The notes under the pieces: model-generated
What the model was told of the DNA's origin: nothing
Database searches by the model: none
What the model saw: the letters and a program-made list of their open reading frames with translations, nothing else
Part shown: piece after piece, positions 1-12,700 of the stretch
Layout of the letters: each line of letters opens with the position of its first letter
Position numbering within the stretch: position 1 is the stretch's first letter
Program-made: the position numbers and the translations under genes
From: Lingula anatina
Lineage: Eukaryota > Animalia > Brachiopoda
Direction of reading: 5' to 3'
DNA: 64,000 nt
Assembly: GCA_051362555.1 (NCBI GenBank)
Contig: CM120641.1
Span: 39,190,401 to 39,254,400, forward strand

Positions 1-1743
1 CAGTGGTCAAGACTATGTTTTTAAAGGCAGAGATAGCAATACAAAAACATTTATCCTCACTCAGTAACAGTATATAAGTTTAAGACACTATATATTATGT
101 TTTAGTTTTGAAAAGAGATACACGGTTAAGTATCAGCAAACATATGTTGCTTATACTGCAAGCTACCCACCCTCTCAGTGAACACATACAAAGGGAAACT
201 CATCTCCCATATTGCAAATCCTACCGTAAAAAGTGTGAAACTCATATAATAACTTCCTCTTCTGAAACTCTGATAGTCCGTGGTGATGCGTGTGAGGCAC
301 TATATTATGTAAGCTCTGGGCTACGTTCCCCATGCTGCAGGTTTAAAGGGTTCGCAGCGCTGTCTGTGGACTGATCTGAAGACTATTCCACCTTCCTTTT
401 GTCTGTGACTACAATGCTGCCTGCGTCGCTGTCACTTTGTTCATGTGTTGCGCACTGTATTTTTTTTTCAAACAAATCTGCTAGCCGCGGGGAGACACGT
501 GGCATAAATAACATACGTGATAATGCTGCTTTGGATATAAATGAATTAGTGACAACCAGTAGTTTGCAGAACATGAACGCTTATTAGAATTCCTGTCATT
601 GGGACGTGATGGAAATCCTAAACTTGGTGATCACATGACCCGCATTTCATGGAATTTCGTGGTCTGCGATGATAGGCCGTAGGCATGTCTGGACTCCATG
701 TGGATCAATTATGAAAGATTCTGAAAACCAAATCTCATTGTATCATTTCAAATATTGGGAAATCCGGGTCTAAAAAAGGTCTAGAGCAGGAGGTGGATAA
801 AGCTACTCTTTACGTTTGTGTTTCAGGACTATTCACCTGGATAAAGTACAGGTGGCGTTTAATTGGTTTGCAGGGTATTGGTATAAATTGCACACAATTT
901 ATCCTAGCAAGTAAATTGCCATTAGCAAAGTTTACGTTGCTCTATTAAAAGGACAATATTGAAGAGCCTCGCATAAAAATGCATAAGAAAGGAGATGAAA
1001 TGCCCTGCAACGTTTATAGGCTTAAACTATTAATAGTAGTTTCTTATAAGACGCAAGTAATATCACATGCCACAAAACAAACCAAAGTATATCTCTCGGG
1101 CAGCAAAAAAAGGTTCTAAAACAGTACCTTCTTTAAAATTTCTGGTCGTAAATTTGGCCTGCTTATTTTTCCTTCAGTCCGTAAAGCTTAGAAGGTAAGC
1201 AGAAAATATTCTTTAAAATATCATCTTTCAGGAAATAATGTAACTGTAGCATTTATTAAGGTTACACTATTTGAAGCACTTTTCTGTTTGACGTATATGT
1301 TCCACAATAAAAAAATTTTGATAACACGGAATGTCAAATGCCACCCCCAAGATTCTTATTTCATTTTTCTTATTACAATGGTCTTCCAACAATATTTTAA
1401 CAAGTTGTACAGGTAGATTCACAAGTAATAATTGTTCCTATCCAATCGCCAGACCTGAAAAGATTATTTAAACGAAGTTTCTTCGTTGGAAATAGTGGGA
1501 GAATTAAATTTTAAAATAAGCAAAATACTTTAAGTTAGAGGATATTTATTGAATTTATCGCCTCAAAATGGATTACTACTACATACTAGAAACGTCTTTT
1601 AAGCTTAAAAGTTTTAACTTTTATCTCATTTCACAACTTCTTGTTATGCCTACATTGTCTTAGAATGTTCCAAAGCAGACTTGCTTAAAATGTAGTCACT
1701 AAAATGTTCAATTTACTGTCCCTCGGTGATTCTAATAGGTTCT

Positions 1744-2038
1744 CAGTGGCGGATTTAGAGGGGGGGGGGGGGTCAGGGGGGTCCTGACCCCCTCTTCAGT
1801 TTCAGTAAAATATATCACACCAATATTCCCCTCTTGAAATTAGAATTTTGACTAGCTAAATCATAGTTCTAAACAGTATCAAAGGGCACTGTTTGCTCTC
1901 CAAAACAACAAATATTTTCGGGTCCCTTGAGCAGGCCCGAACCCCACACCAAGGGGGCGATGGTTGGCTTCGTATCAGAAGCCTGTCGTTCAGGACTCCC
2001 CCCCCCCCCCTTTCCAATTATTACGGAATCCGGCCCTG
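1744..2038. mobile_element. Non-autonomous TIR element (hAT-like MITE) with 6-bp TSD
   Basis: Termini CAGTGGCGGATT / AATCCGGCCCTG form imperfect inverted repeats. Subterminal poly-G and poly-C tracts. Direct repeat ggttct on both sides (1738-1743, 2039-2044). Confidence 0.7.
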
Positions 2039-3620
2039 GGTTCTGCTATGCAGGGAACGCTGTACCGGAGAAATCAACATGTCAGTCCAAGTATTCCTTT
2101 AATGACCGAGTACCCAACAGATTTGAAAGGCGTTTATCGCCGTGTATACATAATCTGAACGCGGCAAAGTTGTTAAGATATATTTTAACAGCATTTATCG
2201 ATACAAATGTACGACATTCCCAAGAGCACTTTTACCATGTCTGCATTTGACTGATGAATACATTAATCGCAGATGGAATTGAACGAGTAACGGCATCATT
2301 CACGTTTTCATTCTGTTATGAAATTTATTGGTATTGAAGTAAGAGTAATTGCAATCGTGGAAATTGTCATTTCGGATTTGTGCAATGAATCGAAATTAGC
2401 TAAACATCCAATGTTAACTCCCTCCCAACTACAGCTTTGGCGGCAGTTCAGTCCTGGCATTATTTCGATACGTTCTTGATATCAACTTTGATTAATAAGT
2501 TTTCACCCACATTGTCAAGGAGCCAATTGCTCTGCAAGCATAACCCTGGTGACTTCAATTTAGCTGCTGGATTTCCAAAGCTTTGGCTGGATCAATAATA
2601 GTGTAGAACATTATAGGAAATGTAGGCAACGCGGAAACGGTCAGTAATAATTGGAATACAGCCGGGATAGAAAATATATATCCAGGCGACGACTTCAAGA
2701 AAAGAAAAAGTCGTTGCTAAAAGGAAGTACTCAACCCAGCAGAGTTTATCGGATTTTCACGCTGGGGATACTAAAAACCTGGTCCCTTGTGGGATAGTTC
2801 CCGCAATTTACTGAATTTCCCAAAGGAGAATGAGGTTTAAATGCTATATAACAAGTCATAAAATGGTTGTAAACCACTGAGGTCGTGAAGATCCCCCCCC
2901 CCCCCCCCCCAAAAAAAAAAAATCTCATTCAAACTCGAATGAATTAGACACTTTCATATCAGCACTTAGTCTATTGATTTGGCCCTATTGTTCAAAGCAA
3001 GTCATTTTGGTATTTTACACTACAAAGCTTTAATCAGCTTTTGGCAACCCCTTTAAACAATGATTTTGCTGCAGTTCCGGCTGACTATTGACCAGTGGTT
3101 TCGAATTGAAAACATATTCAAATGTATCTTTTTGAAAACTAAGTTGTAGCCAAGCAAATTTAGCATATTTTCTCATCATTTCATGTGTAAAGGTAAAGAA
3201 AGGGTAGTCAAAAAGGATATATGCAAGTCTTTGAGACATGCGAATACTTTTTTTGAAAAAAAGATACCAAAAAACCCAGTTTGTACATCATAATCGCGCT
3301 AAAAATAATTATATCAGAGGCATAATTAAAAAAGACTGCGGATGTTACATTGAAGTCCTTTCATATGTTTTAAATAAGCTATACTGACAAAACCAAACTC
3401 TACCTCTCAATGAATATTTTATTACATACACAGTTAAGTATGGAACAACCAACTATAAAATACATTAATAAATTATTCTATTAATATAAATGGAAAATGA
3501 CATAAAATATTCAGAACCAGGAGCTGAAAACCATCACAATTACTTAATAAGAGCATGGACTCCTGATCACTAATCTACACATACAAAACAGAGATATTTA
3601 TATGCCATGCAACAGACTTA

Positions 3621-3844
3621 GACTCCGTTCACATGAAAAATCTATTTTCTAAAAATCTATTTTCTATTCGCAGTATCTTGTGATCACTCCGAGCGCAGCC
3701 AAGAATTAATTACAGCTTTGAAAGTAACTGGCTTACGCTGCCAGTAATTATGCCGCGGGGTATTCAGGGCACAGACCGTGATCACAAGATACCGCAAATA
3801 GAAAATAGATTTTTAGAAAATAGACTTTTCTTGTGAATGGAGTC
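3621..3844. mobile_element. PIF/Harbinger-type MITE
   Basis: About 65-bp TIRs (GACTCCGTTCACATGAAAAATCTATTTTCT... / ...AGAAAATAGACTTTTCTTGTGAATGGAGTC). TTA TSD at 3618-3620 and 3845-3847. Confidence 0.85.
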
Positions 3845-5793
3845 TTAGTTGTTAACCCACACAAAAACTACAAGTCTGATACCATGTTTACAGAATTTAT
3901 AACTTCCTTGATGTAGACATGTGTTGAGATCTTATTAAGACCTCCATTCCCCATTGTTAAGATGATTGACTAACACGCTGACAGACCCGTACTGCAGAAA
4001 AGAACTGCAAAGAAGAACTGTAAGGCCTGTGTATCATAAAAGTGCCTTCTGGCACATTCTACTTTTCCCAACTGTCTGCAATGTTAAATCAATACAATAT
4101 AACATTACATACAGGGATGCTGCTCCTATTTGGTTCACCACAGACACTGATAGTTTGATGGTGAATCTTCCAACAGTTACATGTATGCAGTAATACAGCA
4201 AAATAAGTAGAGATGCATAATGTACAAGACTTACAAGCAATGTTGGTTTTTGTCTTAAAGTAATTTGCTTGGATTCATATTAGAATGGACATACAGACTT
4301 TCCACGGGCTCTGTCATCAATACCGAAAGCCCAAAACAAGAATTAGCCAGAACTAACTAGAAGCAAGTCACTGTCAATGCATCGAAACAGACAAATACAG
4401 TCCTATATTGCCTTAGATCCATTTGCAGGCATGACTAATTGTGTCCTAGTTGTAGAGTGGTAGATTGAGATCAAATGAAATATAATGTAAAATACCCTTT
4501 CATCTCCTGGTGGCTTTTATAATGGGGTGTTTTTTTATCATACTGGTAAGGGAAGAACTAAAATACACAGACTAATTTACTGCGAGCAATTTCAATCTGT
4601 CAGAAGAGCGAGTACCAAACATAAGCTAATGCATCATTAATAAAAAATACATCTGCTTATTATAATATTTTAGCATACTAGCCAAAAGATATTTTGGAGT
4701 AAAACAAGGAAACATACAGGTTTAGAGAATTAAAGATTTGCAAGCATTTAAAAGTAAACATGTAATGTATATATACTGTGTAAAGCACACAATGCTTTCA
4801 ATGTTGACAGGTATTTTGTCATTAAACAACTATTGTATATATACCCATACATATGCACGTGTTGGTACATGATTTTCATAAATAGTAGTATCCCTTTTAT
4901 TAACTACTTCTACATAATTATCTCTGTGGTGAAAATAAATTGATAAGAATTATATAATGAGCCCATCTTCCTGGTCTTTCAGCATCTAGAATTTCCTGTT
5001 CTCCCAAAATTGTTGTTTTTCTTTTTTTCTCGCTTTTATTTCAAATATCCATCAAAGGAAAACATGCCATGACTCTGTGACTGATGGTTTCAACTAGAAA
5101 ACTGATTAATTTCCTGCTGCAGTGACAGTGGGAAGACTTACACATAAAGTACTCATTATCCTAGAACTCATCTGTTCCATGCATATGGTTGCACTAACAA
5201 ATTTACCCAGCACATTACAGGTTTCTGCACTGCTGGCTGCTAGACAATAACACATACCTAATCATTATCATGGTTCATATTGCTAACTACTGTTTACATA
5301 CATACATTATGCAATTCTGATGCTGAAGTGTAAATCTGATCTACCAGAAAAAATTGGAAATACAGATGCCAAACACTGTCTTCATTTATCCTATACAACC
5401 AAACAATTTTCATGGTTTTAACACAAATACCTTGACAACTATTAGGCATATTTTCCATTTTGCATTCTATTTGCTGGATATAAGATGAATCTTCATTATT
5501 AGATCAAATAAAGCAAACAGTTGGTATATCTAAATGATGTACGGTTACAAACATATCAAACTAGGCCACCCTTGTTAGGTCCACATCATCAAAAATATCA
5601 AGATGAGATAGATCACATACTACAGTTGGAGAGATGATGACACCAGTCAAATCACACAAATGTAAATCCCTTTGGTTTGAATTCAAATACAGAAAACGTC
5701 AGTCTAATCATCAAAGTATCTTCATATTCAACATATTTTGTTTCTTAACACTGCCTTTTTATTGCATTTTGGTTCAATGCAATTAATCCTTAA

Positions 5794-6125
5794 AGGGATA
5801 ACAACTGTTCATTTTGGCCCAAAATGGATTTTCCTGGGGTAAAGTACAACTTTCCCATACTTACCAATGGTTAATGGATCCATTCCGACATTCAAAGTTA
5901 GTCCCTGTTTTTTTTCTAAAGAGTTTTTTTGTAATATTTTCTTAAGAGATTAGTACAGAGTATAGCCATCTATGGAGGTCACGTGATGTGATGGGAAGCG
6001 CAAATTCCAGAATAATTGTATTAAGCACCATTTTGGTGGTAAAATAGAATTTATTATATTTCAAGGAGTTGTTTACAATGTATTTATTATAAAATTTGGA
6101 TATCATGCAAACAGTTGTTATCCCT
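5794..6125. mobile_element. Kolobok-like non-autonomous DNA transposon
   Basis: TIR AGGGATAACAACTG / CAGTTGTTATCCCT, flanked by TTAA on both sides (5790-5793, 6126-6129). Confidence 0.8.
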
Positions 6126-7807
6126 TTAAAAAGTGGAACATTCTCATCGACTTTTAAAATATGACCAAATGTGTATTATCAAAAATCTGTGTTGATCCAA
6201 ATGGAAATATAGCAAATCTATGCAATAGTAATATTGTATTGATTCAACCAGGTTGGCTTGACTGTTGATGCACAGTATACACCTCATCTCATATTTCTAC
6301 CTACAGTACCAGCACTGAACAGCAGGGCACACACAGGAACAAAGCACTTGGGTTGTGTTAACTGCTAGTCTACAGAGAGTAAACATGCTCAGTATCCTTC
6401 AACAGAATAAGTTTTACTAAATGAATTCTGAATGACAACTGATGCTTTTCTTGGGAAGGAGAGAGGGCATAAATCTTATCATCAAAAAAAAATTAATTCA
6501 TGTTTTATAAGTTTCACTTTTTTTCGTGACATCTAAAACCAAAAAGAAAATTAATTCCCTTGTTACAGTAGAAATAACATGATATACCACATTTACAGGA
6601 TAAATGACACATTCAGCAAAGCTAGTGTTCCATGAAAAAACATCCATTTCCTAAATTACAATGACAAGTGCTGATAGGCATGTCACTGAACAGATAGCAG
6701 GTGGACTTGCCAATGGACTCAATTTAATGGTGTGGTTTGGCATTCCCTACTTAAAACTGTCTGGCAGCATCTTTAGGTAGTCAAACACTTATATATATTA
6801 TCTGTAAAGGAGATGGACAATGATTATGAATGGAATACCTAACAACAGAACTTCAGTACAGTCAAGACATTTTGATAAGATCTCTAAATAGGAAGTTACA
6901 TGCTCCCATAGACAGAGCATCTTGAAAAACATACTTAAACATTTGTCAAAGATAAAATCTGAATCATAATCCACAAAGATAAAACAACACTTTTCTGCTA
7001 CTGCATGACTCAACTATAGCACTGGAAGTACTTGTGGAGTAAAATATTAGATGAACAAAGAAAAAGGGTAATTTATCTCCAAAACACTTTTTTTTCTAAG
7101 GGGAAGGGGTCTTAAACCTTTAAAAAATTGATCTTGTGAATAAATTCCTAAAAAGGTGGCATTCAATCTATTTTGAAAGTCAATGCACCATACATTTTTT
7201 GACTTTTCAGAAACACACCTCGTTGTATTTTAATATTTCCTATAAAGGGGGGGGGGGGGGGCAGCTATCTACCTTACCTATGTTTAAAAACAATAAGGGT
7301 AGTTTTGATCTTCACTCAACTTGAATGGCACATAAACAGCAAATTTTTATGCAAACGTAGACGTGGATTATTTATACAGGTGCACATTGTACAGCATATA
7401 ATTATCTTAATTCTAAAACATTCTTATCAAATTTTCTTTTAAAAACCCACCAAGTGATAAAAAACAAAAGACAGTTTAAGGATTATGAAATTCAATATAA
7501 GACTAACCCCAAAGACACCAACCTTCAACTATGTTCCCTTGGTTAAACCAGCTCTTATCTATTTCTACACCCTCTTATGAAAATTCTTCTACAACCCTAT
7601 AATCATTATTATTATCCCAACATAGATATTCTCCCTCCTTTCTTATATTACTCCACATAATCTGTCTCAGATTATTTTACAGCACAATTACATCATCACA
7701 TCTGACTGAATGACAAATGAAAAATCATGATTTTACCAACTCTGCTAAGTGCATTAAAATTAAAGGTTATACATTTCTCCTAAAAAAATACCAACTCTGG
7801 CCTTTAA

Positions 7808-8011
7808 GGCCCCATTCACAACCAGTTGATCTGTGGACTAACTAGTTCACAGATAAAATATGATGAGCACATGACAATGGATATCTGCCTCCTAGGCACA
7901 CTGTCCCAGTAGGGGCAGAGCAGTTAAATATTGGCATGCTTTAAAATGGACCCCGTGTCATTTTTGATCCAGACTAGCTAGTCCGCGGATCAACTCGTTG
8001 TGAATGCAGCA
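7808..8011. mobile_element. PIF/Harbinger-type MITE (degenerate right end)
   Basis: Left end TAA|GGCCCCATTCACAACCAGTTGATCTGTGGACTAACTAGT. Right end ACTAGCTAGTCCGCGGATCAACTCGTTGTGAATGCAGC. About 38-bp imperfect TIR. Confidence 0.75.
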
Positions 8012-9169
8012 AAGAACAAAGTGTGTTATTAATCCTCCTGAACTAACACTTTGATAAATCACATTGTATTAAATCAAAACCTCTTACAGGTTTGGGCAAC
8101 TAAGAGGTATATTCACATCACAAGTGGCAAAATTATTTTCATGAAATATAATCAAAATCAAACTATATTTTTAACAACTAACATGTATCTTAAATATTTT
8201 ATAAAATGGATCTATACACAATATACACATACTGGTACTAATTCTAAATTATTAATCAGGTACTTTATAATAATGTGGCATTCTATTATGACCTTCAAAA
8301 TAACTGAACCTGTAGCCAACAAGCTGGTTTAAGTGATGCCATGCACTAAGCTTGTTGACTAACCACAGGGCCTGGATCTATCATACAGAGCATTGCTATC
8401 ATCACATGATGCTATAGTAGTCAAAGTTTATCATTCAATCAGCATTACCTGTGGCAATATGATTGTCCTTCATTTTGTGACTTTAACATATACTTTTTCA
8501 ACAAATAAGCCCCATGAATTATCAATAATAAATTATAAAATCAAATCTTTATACACCTGTGGTTCACAGTAAGAATTATAACAGCTGTCTTTGTCCAACT
8601 GCTCAGATTAAATAAAAGGCTTCCCCTGAATAAACACACCCATGCAGGTAGTACAGACATAAATGCCCCATTAATTTTACATATAAAATATTACACTGCA
8701 CAGAACAGCTAGAATCAATAGTAAATGTGAGGGTCTCACAGCACATGCAGACTTTCAAACCTAGTTCAGCAGTTAAGTTGGGAACACAATATATTACCAA
8801 AGAATGTTGAACACTGCTACCCTCTGCCAGGGTTGATGTCATTTCTGTGCCAACTTTTTTTCCAGTTCAGAAATGTGCACAGAATTAGCCAGAGAGACAT
8901 CTGTGAATATCTAGTGACAAAAAAAATCTCCCTGTGGCCTTGGTAGAGTGTAGAGCACTGTCTATTTTATGTAATTCAGCTGTAATGTGCATTTGCATGG
9001 TGGATTAATGGAATGAAACAGTTAATGGCTATCCCTGTACAATTATTAGATAATTAGATCATGGATTTTCTAAAAACCTCCCACATAAAATGACTGATAA
9101 ATAGTAGTGTTAACCAAAAAAAAAAGTCAACATTAATGTATTACTTATTAATCAACTAATTAGCTAAAT

Positions 9170-9368
9170 AACAATAGTGAAGAACCCTTTAAAATTCCCG
9201 GAATCAGATGGAGATCCAGGTTACTACCAAAATCTAATCACTTTTAAGTTAGCCAATTTGTAATGTATCCTGAAAATTTAATCAAAATCCATACATAACT
9301 TCTTGAGTTAGGCTAGTGACAAACAAAAAGACAGAGGTGAAAACATCACTTCATTGGCAAAGCTAAAT
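9170..9368 (+). mobile_element. Degenerate Helentron/HINE-like repeat fragment
   Basis: Motif series accaaaatctaatca...aaatttaatcaaaatcc...ataacttcttgagtta...acaaacaaaaagacagaggtgaaaacat plus a decayed terminal palindrome. This resembles the 3' end of widespread HINE-type repeats. Confidence 0.45.
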
Positions 9369-9711
9369 ATGGCCAAAATGAACTGCAGAGTTTTCACATC
9401 ATCTTCCAAACTCTTCTTGTCTATTAATAAAACACATCTCTTACAACAAATAATGATTCACTGAGCTCATTAAAATGTCCTTATATGTTGAATGGACATA
9501 AACATTTATTTCTATATCTAAAACAGCACCTTCTTACCATACAGTGCTGACATAATATGAATGATTTATAATTCACAGTCTGACATCCTTTTTCATTCTG
9601 TCATTTGTGCATGTTTTATCTTTCTTTGTGATGGATTGCTCAACTTCTAGCCCTTGATTCTGTCTTATAAAAAACTTTTTACATTTGATCCCCAATTCTT
9701 CTCTCTCTTTG

Positions 9712-12700
9712 TCACTGTCCTAATATACCTCTCTTCATAAGTTCATCAGTTAACTTTGTATAGAAATCAAGCTGCTCCTCTGGTTTGAGCATCATGACGT
9801 GTTGTAATAGTTTGTTTGGATTTGGAGCTCTAAAAGAAAAATTTATCACATGATCAATAATACTTTTATAAACTGGAGAGGTTTCCAACTTGTTATGTGT
9901 ACCTAACCACAGGTAATCGTTTTTTTCAACCACATCATTGAAAACTACTACTTAAAATAATAATATTAATGCTACTACTGCCACTTCTACTGACACTGCT
10001 GCTACTCCTACAACTTCTCTTTTAATATGAGCAAAACGTAAAATATTTTATTGAAACAAAGACAAACCTATCAGACTAAATTTATATGCATCATTTAAAT
10101 TATTCAAGTAAAAAAATTCAGGGCAAAAACACATGGTAACTATAGAAAGATAATCCAATAACAAACAAACAGTATGAAGTACTCAATCACTCACCTAATA
10201 AAACATAATATATACACATAAACAAAGGTCCCCATTAAGAGCTGACAGTCAAATCTGTCCATTAACCCACCATGGCCCGGAATGGTGTCCCCAAAGTCCT
10301 GAAGATATAAAATAGGTTGTTAAAAACCATGCAGATCCAGTACTTTTTGATATAGTGTAATATATCAGAAAATTCTCACAATTAAATGTAAAATCAGTGA
10401 CCATACAACAACAAATTTAATTTAACTAAAAAATGAAATGTATATATACTCCTCTTCAGTTAAAAAAATAACAAACTGTTATGACGTGTCATGAATTGAG
10501 TTTTTTCTGCATGGAAGAGAGACACATTCAAAACAATCATATTCAAGTTATTGCTTTAAAAAAAATCTGAGTGATTTGCTTCACCGCACATCCAAAAGCA
10601 TTTCACAACTAATACAATGTGAGCTGTTATCCACATTACCTTAATTTTAAAAGCTCTCTTGAAACCACTGGCAAAGAAACCTCCAAAGGGGCCAATGACA
10701 GAAGCAAACAAAGAAAAGACTATGCAGTGAAAGAAGAATGGGTAAGTCCAGTAAGTGGTCTTTGGAATGCCAAACTGAAACATAAGAGGACAAAAATTAA
10801 AATATGATATCTTCTACTGCAAAGAAAGATAAAATTACAGGTTACACATAAAGCTGTAACAGCCATGAAATTGATAACAGTTATCATAATTTAAAGGTGA
10901 TATTATTTAATAGTCCTTAAAGGAAGCAGGCCGATCGTCTAGGGCAATGATAAATTCAGCATCTTACAATTTGATCACTTATACTCATTCAATTCAGACT
11001 AATCCAATTAGCACCTCATCTCATTCTTATCCACCCACTTACAAGAAAGAAAATATTTTTGATAGTTTGTGGGAGGTTGTACTCTTGAAGTGTGAATACT
11101 CTTGGTCTTGGATCACACTGCATGGACACACTGCCTAACTCTGGAGAGTATTCTGCGGGGCATACAAAGTAATCATACTGCATGAGGATGTAGCTGCCCT
11201 GGAACAGGAAAACATGTGCTATTTGCTTAAATATCATATCATAAAGTGGATTCATTGGCGAGAGAGAGCACAAACTTCACTATCTTTTCTTTTTTTCATG
11301 ATGAGAGCCTGAATTAAACAACTGGACAAAATGTTTTAAACAATAAACCCCTATAGCCACCACCATCTCCAGTAAATTCCTGGATATATCAGTGATGTAA
11401 AGTGATGGGGTTTATAATCATGCCAGTGACAAGTGACTTTATAACTGGATTCCAATCACTTGTCAGACATGATCTCCCATGAATTACACCTGATTGTCAC
11501 CATAGAAAATGCAGCAGACAACAGATAAACAGTTGATGAACAAGAAGGGTGGTACTTTAATTGAATTAGATCTACACTTGACTAATAAACTTAGTAAGAC
11601 ATTTCCATAAGCTATAGGAGTAGCATATTCAGCTGTAAGCAAAAGTATGCTTACAATTATTCCATATATCAAGGTGGCGAATGCTCCTCCAATGAACCCT
11701 TCCCAAGTCTTCTTGGGGGAAAGTTTTATAAGCGGTGTCTTGCCAAAAAAGAAGCCAAAGATATACGCCCAGATGTCATTACAGATAATAAGAGATGTAG
11801 ACATGAAGAACCTGAAGCAAAAATATTTACCATTATGAGTGAAATGCTGCATAATAAGCATACAGAGGGTTCTTTAAGTTATGACAGGCAAATTAATTTA
11901 CACGTGATACTAACCAAAGTGAAATTATAAAATACTATTGAAGAAGAGAAAAGCATCTATTATAATTTAGATTTCTTGAAGGTCATCTATGAAGGATTCA
12001 CAAGTCATTTCTCTATATAATAAATAATTCAAATTTAGTCCATTTAATTTTGTGTACTAAACAGACTGGCACCCAAAAGCTGTACACTGACTGATGTAAC
12101 ATCATAACCTGATACTATCAAAATCACACTGATAACATATTTACATTACGAGACAAATTCCTATTGGAGATAATATGAGGACAGATCCACGGGTTGACAT
12201 TACTCCATTTTCCCACCTTCCTTTTATGTACATGTCAAGTATGAATCAAAGGCAACAAGGACACTATCTTAGATAAAATAATCATGAGTGTCCCTAGAGG
12301 ACCCTGCTGTTTACATTTGTCTTCAGTTAATGTCTATTGTAAGCTGTGGGTATGCAGGATGTAAACAAGAATGTACTTTATACTTCAATATTTTTCTACT
12401 TGAACTTTGAGACAGCAAATGATAGCTGAACATAGTCACACCTTATTTTTAAGAGGATGATAGAAAATTCTAGTACAAATTCTTACATCAATGTAACTTT
12501 CTAAGTCAATGCATAAACTTTAAAATATATATACTTAAATGAAATAATTTATGATCTCAAAAAAGTTCTTACCAAATAAGTCCTTCAAATATGTTGTTTG
12601 TAATGAAATGGGACTGGGTAACCACAATTAGGAGAGTGACGTGTGTCCAGCCAAACTAAAAATCAAGTAAATTTAAATTATTAAAATAATAGTTTATGTA

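Noticed and set aside
21-950. Possible Kolobok element beginning TTAA|AGGCAGAGATAGC, and short ORFs at 108-587
   Set aside because: I found no matching right TIR, and the ORFs have no recognisable motifs or splice structure.
9680-9714. TGA-C stop context of CDS as a readthrough signal
   Set aside because: The extension would be only QRERRIGDQM, with no targeting motif and no CTAG or CARYYA context.
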